Shown here piece by piece: positions 1 to 8,369 of a DNA stretch of 64,000 nt. The stretch covers positions 12,443-76,442 of the forward strand of contig JALHST010000222.1 of NCBI GenBank assembly GCA_022865355.1, given 5' to 3'. How positions within the stretch are numbered: the stretch's first letter is position 1; each line of letters starts with the position of its first letter. The notes below the pieces were generated by a model. It searched no databases, was not told the origin of the DNA, and worked only from the letters and a program-made list of their open reading frames with translations. The position numbers and the translations under genes are program-made. The stretch comes from Maribacter sp. (lineage in GTDB: Bacteria; Bacteroidota; Bacteroidia; Flavobacteriales; Flavobacteriaceae).

Positions 1-705
1 TTTAGCAAAAACAACAGAAATGGCATAACCGATAATAATTTTTATCAATTTCGGTTCAAAATAGAAAGTGCAGGAAATCTACTTTCGGGAATCTCAAAGC
101 TCATTCCGTTCAACGAAAAAGACAACAAACTCCTCATCTTTGGGGTTCCTTATTCCCAATATGTAAAAACCGAATTTGATTTTATAAAATATTGGACCCT
201 ATCACGTACCGATGTACTGGCCTTTCGAAGTTTCTTTGGCATTGCCGTTCCCTATGGTAACGCAGACAATATACCTTTTGTAAGAAGCTATTTTGCTGGG
301 GGTTCCAATGATAATAGGGCCTGGTACCCGTATTCTTTAGGGCCCGGCAGGACACAAGCCATCAATGATTTTAATGAGGCCAATTTAAAGATAGCCTTCA
401 ACTTGGAATACCGCTTCCCCGTAGTGGGTGACATTAAGGGTGCACTGTTTGCCGATGCCGGTAATATTTGGAACGTATTTGATAATGTCGACGACCCAAA
501 TGCCGTTTTCAGTGGCTTCGACTCCTTAGCTGATATTGCCTTGGGCAGCGGATTCGGGATTCGATACGATTTTACCTATTTTCTCTTTCGCGTCGATTTA
601 GGTTTTAAGACCTATAACCCGGCCGAAGAACCGTCTAAAAGATGGTTCAGGGACTATAATTTCGGAAACTCGGTACTTCAGATTGGAATCAATTATCCGT
701 TTTAA
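1..705 (+). CDS. Omp85/BamA-family (surface antigen D15) outer-membrane protein, C-terminal beta-barrel portion; 5' end lies outside the window
   Basis: Frame 1 is open from base 1 to the TAA at 703-705. The translation contains ...VRSYFAGGSNDNRAWYPYSLGPG...LEYRFPVVGDIKGALFADAGNIW...GFGIRYDFTYFLFRVDLGF...QIGINYPF. The terminal aromatic residue is typical of Omp85 barrels. Confidence 0.8.
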   Translation, partial: FSKNNRNGITDNNFYQFRFKIESAGNLLSGISKLIPFNEKDNKLLIFGVPYSQYVKTEFDFIKYWTLSRTDVLAFRSFFGIAVPYGNADNIPFVRSYFAGGSNDNRAWYPYSLGPGRTQAINDFNEANLKIAFNLEYRFPVVGDIKGALFADAGNIWNVFDNVDDPNAVFSGFDSLADIALGSGFGIRYDFTYFLFRVDLGFKTYNPAEEPSKRWFRDYNFGNSVLQIGINYPF

Positions 706-978
706 AGCTGAATCCTTACGGCAACCCTTATGACAAGTATACCGTCCCGATGGGCTCATCGGAAAGCCAAAACCTAAATTTAAGAGGTAAAAGATTTAGA
801 AAAAAGATTCATGTTCACTGCATGCCGCCATCTTTTAACCATAAAAACAGCCCCGCATGATCACCGGCCTAAAAATGTGATTCTTTACGGATACAAAATG
901 GGACTAATTCAACCCCCTATGGTTCATTTTCTTTATGAACTTTGACTTGGGCGTGCACTTGTGCTTCTATAATTTTAT

Positions 979-986
979 TACTTTTG
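979..986 (+). promoter_or_regulatory. Candidate Bacteroidota -7 promoter box (TACTTTTG) for fbaA
   Basis: Matches the TAnnTTTG consensus 33 nt upstream of the fbaA ATG. A TTG lies about 17 nt further upstream. Confidence 0.4.
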
Positions 987-1018
987 CCTCTCATTCCAGA
1001 AACTAACAGACCAAAATT

Positions 1019-2086
1019 ATGACCCACACGATTAAACCAGGTGTTGCCACCGGCGATGAAGTACAAGCGATTTTTAATTATGCGAAGAAAAAGGGGTTCG
1101 CACTTCCGGCAGTCAATGTAGTAGGTTCGAATACCATTAATGGTGTTTTGGAGACTGCGGCAAATCTAAAGGCACCCGTAATAATTCAATTCTCCAATGG
1201 AGGAGCGCAGTTCCATGCCGGTAAGGGTTTGTCGAACGAACATCAACAAGCGGCCATTCTTGGTGCCGTAGCCGGGGCCAAACACGTTCACCAATTGGCA
1301 AGTGCCTATGGGGCCACCGTAATTTTGCATACCGACCATTGCGCAAAGAAATTATTACCTTGGATCGATGGCCTTTTAGATGCCAGTGAAAAACATTTTG
1401 CCGAAACGGGCAAGTCCTTGTTCAGTTCGCATATGATAGATCTTTCCGAGGAACCCATTGCTGAAAATATTGAAATCTGCAAGAAGTATCTAGCACGTAT
1501 GAGCAAAATGAATATGACCTTAGAGATCGAATTGGGAATCACGGGGGGTGAAGAAGATGGCATCGATAATTCCGATGTGGATGATTCTAAATTATATACG
1601 CAACCTGAGGAGGTAGCCTATGCCTATGAAGAGCTTTCCAAAATAAGTCCAAGATTTACCATTGCAGCCGCGTTCGGCAACGTACATGGCGTTTATAAGC
1701 CGGGTAACGTAAAATTGACCCCAAAAATATTGAGGAATTCGCAGGAATACGTGACCAAAAAATATGGCGTGGAGCACAATCATATTGATTTTGTATTTCA
1801 TGGAGGATCGGGATCAACCGTTGAGGAAATCCGAGAGGCTATTGGTTACGGGGTAATCAAGATGAATATCGATACCGATCTTCAATATGCGTTCCTAGCA
1901 GGAATACGGGACTATATACTTGACAAAAAAGATTTTTTACGATCGCAGATTGGAAATCCCAATGGTGCTGATGAACCAAATAAGAAATTCTACGATCCAA
2001 GGGTATGGCTACGGGAGGGTGAAAAGACATTTGTCGACCGACTTAAAAAGGCATTTGAAGATCTCAATAATGTGAATACACTGTAA
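1019..2086 (+). CDS. fbaA: Fructose-bisphosphate aldolase, class II
   Basis: 355-aa ORF. Motifs: MTHTIKPGVATGDEV..., LPAVNVVG, ILHTDHCAKKLLPWIDG, FVFHGGSGS, KMNIDTDLQYA. Confidence 0.95.
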   Translation: MTHTIKPGVATGDEVQAIFNYAKKKGFALPAVNVVGSNTINGVLETAANLKAPVIIQFSNGGAQFHAGKGLSNEHQQAAILGAVAGAKHVHQLASAYGATVILHTDHCAKKLLPWIDGLLDASEKHFAETGKSLFSSHMIDLSEEPIAENIEICKKYLARMSKMNMTLEIELGITGGEEDGIDNSDVDDSKLYTQPEEVAYAYEELSKISPRFTIAAAFGNVHGVYKPGNVKLTPKILRNSQEYVTKKYGVEHNHIDFVFHGGSGSTVEEIREAIGYGVIKMNIDTDLQYAFLAGIRDYILDKKDFLRSQIGNPNGADEPNKKFYDPRVWLREGEKTFVDRLKKAFEDLNNVNTL

Positions 2087-2113
2087 TTTTCTGCATGCCG
2101 AATGTAACTTAAT

Positions 2114-2983
2114 ATGGAGGATATGTCTTTATGGTTTAAAAGAAAGGAAAAGGGAATTCAGACATCCACTGAACACAAAAAGGATACCCCAAAGGGGCTT
2201 TGGTATAAGTCGCCTACTGGGAAAATTGTAGAATCGGAAGTCCTAGCGAAGAATTTCTATGTGAGTCCAGAGGATGATTACCACGTTCGCATTGGCAGCA
2301 AGGAATATTTTGAAATTCTCTTTGACGAAAACCGTTTTACCGAACTCGATGTGAAACTTACTTCGAAGGACCCGCTTAAATTCGTTGATACCAAATCATA
2401 TGCCGACCGGCTGAAAGCCGCCCAAAAAAAAACCGGCCTAAAAGACGCCGTACGCACCGCGGTAGGTAAATCCTTGGGGAAAGATCTGGTCGTCGCCTGT
2501 ATGGATTTTACCTTTATAGGAGGATCTATGGGCAGTGTCGTCGGGGAAAAGATTGCCAGGGCCATCGACTATTCGATCAAAAAGAAAATACCCTTTGTCA
2601 TGATCTCAAAATCTGGCGGGGCACGAATGATGGAAGCCGCTTTGTCATTAATGCAGTTGGCCAAAACCGGTGCGAAATTGGCGCAATTATCCGAGGTGGG
2701 CATTCCCTATATTTCCTTGTGTACCGATCCCACCACGGGAGGCACTACCGCCTCGTATGCTATGCTGGGCGATATCAATATTTCAGAACCTGGGGCCCTT
2801 ATCGGTTTTGCCGGGCCACGGGTCGTCAAGGAAGCTACTGGCAAGGAACTACCGGAAGGCTTCCAAACGGCTGAATTTGTTTTGGAACACGGTTTCCTTG
2901 ATTTTATAGTGCATAGAAAAGAGCTGAAGAAAAAAATAAATCTTTATCTTGACTTAATACAGAACAATCCTATTAGGTCGTAA
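2114..2983 (+). CDS. accD: Acetyl-CoA carboxylase carboxyltransferase beta subunit
   Basis: 289 aa. Motifs: [54 protein letters not shown]. The start could instead be the second ATG at 2123. Confidence 0.93.
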   Translation: MEDMSLWFKRKEKGIQTSTEHKKDTPKGLWYKSPTGKIVESEVLAKNFYVSPEDDYHVRIGSKEYFEILFDENRFTELDVKLTSKDPLKFVDTKSYADRLKAAQKKTGLKDAVRTAVGKSLGKDLVVACMDFTFIGGSMGSVVGEKIARAIDYSIKKKIPFVMISKSGGARMMEAALSLMQLAKTGAKLAQLSEVGIPYISLCTDPTTGGTTASYAMLGDINISEPGALIGFAGPRVVKEATGKELPEGFQTAEFVLEHGFLDFIVHRKELKKKINLYLDLIQNNPIRS

Positions 2984-2995
2984 GGAAAATAATAT

Positions 2996-3003
2996 TATCT
3001 TTG
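2996..3003 (+). promoter_or_regulatory. Candidate -7 promoter box (TATCTTTG) for rpsO
   Basis: Perfect TAnnTTTG match 55 nt upstream of the rpsO ATG. Confidence 0.4.
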
Positions 3004-3057
3004 CCGCCTGATTGAATTACAGTCAGATACATAAAAATCATTTAAAATAATATTGGA

Positions 3058-3327
3058 ATGTATTTAACAAAAGAAGTGAAGGCCAAAATCTTCCAACAAC
3101 ATGGCGGTGAAGCCAAAAATACCGGTTCGACCGAAGGGCAGATAGCCTTGTTTACGCATCGTATCAACCACCTTACGGGTCACCTTAAAAACAATCATAA
3201 AGACTATAATACGGAGCGGTCATTGGTACGCTTGGTGGGTAAAAGAAGAAGTCTTTTAGATTATTTGAAAAAGAAGGATATCGTAAAATATCGTGAACTG
3301 ATCATAGATTTGAACATCAGAAAATAA
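3058..3327 (+). CDS. rpsO: 30S ribosomal protein S15
   Basis: 89 aa. Contains TGSTEGQIALFTHRINHLTGHLKNNHKDYNTERSLVRLVGKRRSLLDYL. Conserved rpsO-pnp synteny. Confidence 0.97.
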   Translation: MYLTKEVKAKIFQQHGGEAKNTGSTEGQIALFTHRINHLTGHLKNNHKDYNTERSLVRLVGKRRSLLDYLKKKDIVKYRELIIDLNIRK

Positions 3328-3337
3328 ATATTTCTTA

Positions 3338-3366
3338 GGGCCCGGAATTCCGGGCCCCATTTTTAT
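3338..3366 (+). terminator. Rho-independent terminator after rpsO
   Basis: Perfect palindrome GGGCCCGGAATTCCGGGCCC (3338-3357) followed by a T-rich tract (CATTTTTAT). Confidence 0.8.
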
Positions 3367-3534
3367 AAAATTTCAAAGACCTGAATATACATCCGGAAAA
3401 TTTTCGGAAGGCAAACACAAAAAGCTACACACAGTTTTTCATTGGTCAACACAACACAACAACTCCGACCATAAAATTGGCTGGAGAGACCATTGTTTAA
3501 CAAGTCCGGTATTTTCGGGCTTTAATTCAAATTT

Positions 3535-5763
3535 ATGATTCCAAAAGTATTTAAAGAGGTTATTGACCTTGGTGATGGCAGGAAAATCTCCATCGAGACC
3601 GGTAAATTGGCAAAACAGGCCCATGGGTCGGTGGTGGTGCAATCCGGTAAATGTATGCTATTATGTACGGTAGTTTCCAATTACGTGCAAAGTGACGTAG
3701 ATTTTTTACCCCTAACGGTAGATTATCGCGAAAAATTTGCGGCTTCAGGCCGTTATCCAGGTGGGTTTTTTAAACGCGAAGCGCGCCCAAGTGATGGCGA
3801 AGTATTGACCATGCGTTTGGTAGACCGCGTATTGCGACCGCTTTTTCCAAAAGATTATCATTCGGAAACACAGGTGATGATTCAGTTGATGTCGCACGAT
3901 GAGGATGTAATGCCCGATGCAATGGCAGGATTGGCGGCTTCGGCAGCAATACAACTTTCAGACTTTCCATTTGAATGTGCTATTTCTGAATGTCGTGTCG
4001 GTCGAATTGATGGTAAATTTATTATCAACCCAACCAGGGCACAATTGGAAATATCCGATATCGATATGGTCATTGGGGCTTCTGCCGATTCGGTTATGAT
4101 GGTCGAAGGCGAAATGGGTGAAATTTCGGAAGAGGAAATGGTCGAGGCCATAAAATTCGCACATGAAGCTATTAAAGCGCAAATCACGGCCCAATTAAAA
4201 TTGGCCAAGGCCGTTGGCCAAAAAGATGTGCGTGAATACGAGACCGAAAGGGAAGATGAAGTTTTGGCAAAAAAAATACATGCACTCGCCTATGATAAGG
4301 TGTATGCCGTTGCCAAGGCCGGTTCGGCGAAGCATGAAAGAAGCGCTGCCTTTGACGCGATCAAGGAAGAGGTAAAAGCCTCATTTTCGGAGGAGGAAAT
4401 TACAGAGTATGGCAATATGGTTTCAAAATATTACTATAAAGCCGAAAAAACTGCCGTACGAGATCTCACCTTAAATGAAGGCTTGCGATTGGATGGAAGA
4501 AAGACCAATGAAATTAGGCCTATTTGGTGCGAGGTAGACTATCTGCCTTCCACACATGGGTCTGCTATATTTACCAGGGGCGAAACCCAAGCACTTGCGA
4601 CGGTAACCTTAGGTACTTCTAGGGAAGCCAATCAAATCGACATGCCTTCCTACGAAGGGGAAGAGACTTTTTACCTGCATTATAATTTCCCGCCATTTTC
4701 TACCGGTGAGGCTAGGCCGATTCGAGGCACCTCCCGTAGGGAAGTAGGACATGGGAATTTGGCACAGCGTGCCCTCAAAAGAATGATTCCGAGTGATTGC
4801 CCCTATACCGTAAGGGTTGTTTCGGAAGTTTTGGAAAGTAATGGTTCTTCTTCAATGGCTACCGTTTGTTCGGGAACCATGGCTTTGATGGATGCTGGGG
4901 TTCAATTGAAAAAGCCGGTATCGGGTATCGCAATGGGCTTGATTACAGACACAGAAACCGGAAAATATGCTGTATTGTCGGACATTCTGGGGGATGAAGA
5001 TCACTTAGGGGATATGGACTTCAAAGTAACCGGTACGGCGGATGGAATTACTGCTTGCCAAATGGATATTAAAGTAAAAGGACTTGCCTATGAAATTTTG
5101 GTAAAGGCCCTTAAACAAGCTCGCGAAGGCAGATTGCATATTCTTGGGAAATTAGTGGAAACGATTGCAGTCCCTAATGACGATGTAAAACCCCATGCGC
5201 CTAAAATGGTGACACGGGTTATTCCGAACGAATTTATAGGGGCATTGATCGGACCCGGAGGAAAAGTAATCCAGGAATTACAAAAGGCCACCAAGACGAC
5301 CATTGTCATCAATGAAGACCCGATTACCGAAGAGGGCATCGTAGAAATTCTTGGTACCAATCAAGAAGGCATCGATGCCGTATTGGCCAAAATTGATTCG
5401 TTGATGTTTAAGCCAAAGGTTGGCGAATCGTACAACGTAAAGGTCATTAAGATGCTTGATTTTGGGGCAGTTGTTGAATATTTAGATGCTCCAGGCAATG
5501 AAGTCTTGCTTCACGTGTCGGAATTGGCATGGGAACGCACCGAAAATGTATCGGACGTGGTAAACATGGGCGATGTTTTCGATGTGAAGTATTTAGGCAT
5601 AGATCCGAGGACCCGCAAGGACAAGGTTTCGCGAAAGGCTTTACTACCAAAACCTGAAGGATATACAGAAAGACCTCCTAGGGAAAGTAGTAATCGACGT
5701 GATGATCGTCGCGGTGCCGGTAGGGATAGCCGAGATCGAGATCGCAAACCGCGAAGAGATTAG
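3535..5763 (+). CDS. pnp: Polyribonucleotide nucleotidyltransferase (PNPase)
   Basis: 742 aa. Two RNase PH domains, a KH domain ([11 protein letters not shown]) and an S1 domain ([22 protein letters not shown]). Ends in an Arg/Asp-rich tail and a TAG stop at 5761-5763. Confidence 0.97.
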   Translation: MIPKVFKEVIDLGDGRKISIETGKLAKQAHGSVVVQSGKCMLLCTVVSNYVQSDVDFLPLTVDYREKFAASGRYPGGFFKREARPSDGEVLTMRLVDRVLRPLFPKDYHSETQVMIQLMSHDEDVMPDAMAGLAASAAIQLSDFPFECAISECRVGRIDGKFIINPTRAQLEISDIDMVIGASADSVMMVEGEMGEISEEEMVEAIKFAHEAIKAQITAQLKLAKAVGQKDVREYETEREDEVLAKKIHALAYDKVYAVAKAGSAKHERSAAFDAIKEEVKASFSEEEITEYGNMVSKYYYKAEKTAVRDLTLNEGLRLDGRKTNEIRPIWCEVDYLPSTHGSAIFTRGETQALATVTLGTSREANQIDMPSYEGEETFYLHYNFPPFSTGEARPIRGTSRREVGHGNLAQRALKRMIPSDCPYTVRVVSEVLESNGSSSMATVCSGTMALMDAGVQLKKPVSGIAMGLITDTETGKYAVLSDILGDEDHLGDMDFKVTGTADGITACQMDIKVKGLAYEILVKALKQAREGRLHILGKLVETIAVPNDDVKPHAPKMVTRVIPNEFIGALIGPGGKVIQELQKATKTTIVINEDPITEEGIVEILGTNQEGIDAVLAKIDSLMFKPKVGESYNVKVIKMLDFGAVVEYLDAPGNEVLLHVSELAWERTENVSDVVNMGDVFDVKYLGIDPRTRKDKVSRKALLPKPEGYTERPPRESSNRRDDRRGAGRDSRDRDRKPRRD

Positions 5764-5783
5764 GTATATTTATTCAAATAAGA

Positions 5784-5812
5784 CCCCAATGTTCACATTG
5801 GGGTTTTTTTTT
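5784..5812 (+). terminator. Rho-independent terminator after pnp
   Basis: Hairpin CCCCAATG-TTCA-CATTGGGG followed by a run of nine T. Confidence 0.85.
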
Positions 5813-5929
5813 GCATTACCTCCCAAAAAAATAAAGTTTTCATGACCTATTGTAACATTTCAAGCTTTTTTACGTATAAGTATATGCAGCTTATGCACAA
5901 TGAACTTAATTAGAAAGGAAATCGTTTAG

Positions 5930-6793
5930 ATGAGACAGCTAAAAATTACAAAACAGGTTACCAATAGGGAAACCGCATCTTTGGACAAGTATTTGCAAGA
6001 AATTGGAAAAGTTGATCTGATTACCGCAGATGAAGAAGTAGAATTGGCACAACGTATCAAGGCAGGCGACCAAGCCGCACTTGAAAAACTAACCAAAGCC
6101 AATCTCCGATTCGTGGTCTCGGTCGCCAAGCAATACCAGAACCAAGGACTTACTTTGCCTGATTTGATCAATGAGGGAAACCTTGGATTGATCAAGGCGG
6201 CACAACGCTTTGACGAAACCCGTGGTTTTAAATTTATCTCGTATGCCGTATGGTGGATACGTCAATCTATCTTACAAGCTTTGGCCGAACAATCTCGAAT
6301 TGTACGTTTGCCATTGAACAAAATTGGATCTATCAATAAAATAAACAAGACGTTCGCCTTTTTGGAACAAGCGCATGAGCGACAGCCATCCGCGGAAGAA
6401 ATTGCGAAGGAACTAGATATGACCGTTGAGGATGTAAAACAGTCCTTAAAAAACTCCGGGCGTCATGTATCTATGGATGCCCCGCTGATCGACGGGGAAG
6501 ATTCAAACTTATATGATGTTCTTCGCAGTGGTGAGTCGCCCAATCCTGACAGGGCTTTATTGCACGAATCATTACGCACCGAAATAGAACGTGCCTTGGA
6601 AACCTTAACCCCAAGGGAGGCCGATGTAATACGTCTTTATTTTGGTTTGGCAGGACAACATTCAATGACCCTTGAAGAAATTGGGGAAACCTTTGATCTT
6701 ACTCGGGAACGCGTTCGTCAAATAAAAGAAAAGGCCATACGCAGATTAAAACATACCTCGAGAAGTAAAATATTGAAAACCTATCTTGGGTAA
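5930..6793 (+). CDS. rpoD: RNA polymerase primary sigma factor (short Bacteroidota sigma-A type)
   Basis: 287 aa. Region 2: [35 protein letters not shown]. Region 4: [27 protein letters not shown]. Confidence 0.95.
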   Translation: MRQLKITKQVTNRETASLDKYLQEIGKVDLITADEEVELAQRIKAGDQAALEKLTKANLRFVVSVAKQYQNQGLTLPDLINEGNLGLIKAAQRFDETRGFKFISYAVWWIRQSILQALAEQSRIVRLPLNKIGSINKINKTFAFLEQAHERQPSAEEIAKELDMTVEDVKQSLKNSGRHVSMDAPLIDGEDSNLYDVLRSGESPNPDRALLHESLRTEIERALETLTPREADVIRLYFGLAGQHSMTLEEIGETFDLTRERVRQIKEKAIRRLKHTSRSKILKTYLG

Positions 6794-6947
6794 TACCTGT
6801 CATAATGTCCCGTGTGGGCGATGGGGATGCTTGAAGACACAAATTATATGTTAAATATTCCATAAATTGGAATTTTGGAACAAAAGTTGTAATTTGTGTA
6901 ACGTAACAACAGTTATCATGACTGTTCGTTTTTTGATTGATGAATAA

Positions 6948-6976
6948 ACTCCGGCTGATTACCGGAGTTTTTTTTA
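6948..6976 (+). terminator. Rho-independent terminator about 155 nt downstream of rpoD
   Basis: Hairpin ACTCCGG-CTGATTA-CCGGAGT followed by a T8 run. A weaker hairpin AACAGT-TATCATG-ACTGTT plus CGTTTTTT lies just upstream at about 6909-6935. Confidence 0.7.
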
Positions 6977-7084
6977 TTTACGATACCAACATATTTCTTT
7001 TAAAGCATTCGTATTGATTACGTTTTTTTGTAGCTTGTTGATTTGTATGGAAATAAACTTGGCCCGGCACAAAACAATAAAAAG

Positions 7085-7330
7085 ATGAGTTCCCCAAATA
7101 GTGAACAGCCCAACAACCCGCTTCATGGTGTAAAATTATTGGACATTTTAGAATATCTAACACAAAAATATAGCTGGGAAGAATTGGCTTTGAGCATCAA
7201 TATCAATTGCTTTAAGAATAATCCGAACTTAAAATCATCCCTAAATTTTTTAAGAAAAACCCCATGGGCCCGAAAGAAGGTCGAGCAACTCTATCTCAAT
7301 ACGATCAAGAAATATAAGGATGTCTTATAA
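7085..7330 (+). CDS. VF530/DUF2132-family small helical (putative DNA-binding) protein
   Basis: Contains [62 protein letters not shown] chose the ATG at 7085; the ORF track offers an alternative non-ATG start at 7043. Confidence 0.65.
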   Translation: MSSPNSEQPNNPLHGVKLLDILEYLTQKYSWEELALSININCFKNNPNLKSSLNFLRKTPWARKKVEQLYLNTIKKYKDVL

Positions 7331-7772
7331 TATTGTTCTCGTAGCACCCGAAATACCCACAAATACTGGCAATATTGGTCGCCTATGCCTTGCCACTGGA
7401 TCTACCCTACATTTGATAAAACCCTTCGGTTTTGAATTGGATAATTCGCGATTAAAAAGGGCCGGTCTCGATTATTGGAAGCATCTTTCGCTAGTTATTT
7501 ACGAGAATGTAGATGAGTTTTTTACACTGCAGAAAGACAAGAATATGGTCTTCTTTTCGAGCCATGCGACCAAACTCCACTGGACCATTCCCTTTGAAGA
7601 TAATATGTTTCTTGTCTTTGGAAAGGAATCTGTCGGCCTGCCCAATTCAATTCTCGAAAAGAACCCCGATAATTTATATAAAATCCCGCTATACAACGAA
7701 CATATACGCAGCTTGAATTTATCGAATGCCGTGGCTATTGCGGTTTATGAAGGATTGAAATATCTTTACTAA
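7320..7772 (+). CDS. trmL: tRNA (cytidine/uridine(34)-2'-O)-methyltransferase, SpoU/TrmL family
   Basis: 150 aa. Contains NIVLVAPEIPTNTGNIGRLCLATGSTLHLIKPFGFELDNSRLKRAGLDYW and a C-terminal IRSLNLSNAVAIAVYE knot motif. Confidence 0.88.
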   Translation: MSYNIVLVAPEIPTNTGNIGRLCLATGSTLHLIKPFGFELDNSRLKRAGLDYWKHLSLVIYENVDEFFTLQKDKNMVFFSSHATKLHWTIPFEDNMFLVFGKESVGLPNSILEKNPDNLYKIPLYNEHIRSLNLSNAVAIAVYEGLKYLY

Positions 7773-7822
7773 GCTGATACAGGCCAATCGACCGTGCGAA
7801 CCCTTTAAAGAAAAAAGCACCT

Positions 7823-8320
7823 ATGGATCAAGATCATAGTACATATAAAATTCCCGAAAAGACCCGAATAGGCCACGTGCATCTAAAGGTGTCGAACCTA
7901 CAAAGATCGATTGATTTCTATTGTGGACTTTTAGGCTTTGAAATTACTACGCGATATGGGGATGATGCTGCATTTATTTCGGCAGGAGGTTATCACCATC
8001 ATATTGGGCTGAATGTTTGGTATAGCAAAAATGCACTTCCGGCACCTAAGAACCTGCCCGGGCTCTTTCATACCGCGATATTATATCCCGATCGCAAAGC
8101 GTTGGCACAAATTTATCAACGTCTAATGCTAGCGGGACACTCGCTTACCGGGTCGGCTGACCATGGGGTATCTGAAGCCCTCTATTTGAATGATCCGGAT
8201 AATAATGGGGTAGAACTTTATTGGGACAGGCCCGTGGAGGAATGGCCTAAAAAATTAGATGGTTCCCTTGATATGTTTACGGAACCATTGGATGAACATA
8301 ATTTATTGAGCTTGCTTTGA
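7823..8320 (+). CDS. VOC (glyoxalase / extradiol dioxygenase-like) family protein
   Basis: 165 aa. Contains RIGHVHLKVSNLQRSIDFYCGLLGFE and GYHHHIGLNVW, typical of the VOC fold. Confidence 0.75.
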   Translation: MDQDHSTYKIPEKTRIGHVHLKVSNLQRSIDFYCGLLGFEITTRYGDDAAFISAGGYHHHIGLNVWYSKNALPAPKNLPGLFHTAILYPDRKALAQIYQRLMLAGHSLTGSADHGVSEALYLNDPDNNGVELYWDRPVEEWPKKLDGSLDMFTEPLDEHNLLSLL

Positions 8321-8369
8321 TAAAGACCTCTTTTTAGTATCTTTAGAGGAATCAACCTATCAAAAAAAC

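Noticed and set aside
3361-3534. Structured pnp leader (an autoregulatory hairpin, as in enterobacteria).
   Set aside because: - Only short imperfect palindromes are visible (for example TCCGGAAAATTTTCGGA).
- I cannot support a specific regulatory structure from sequence alone.
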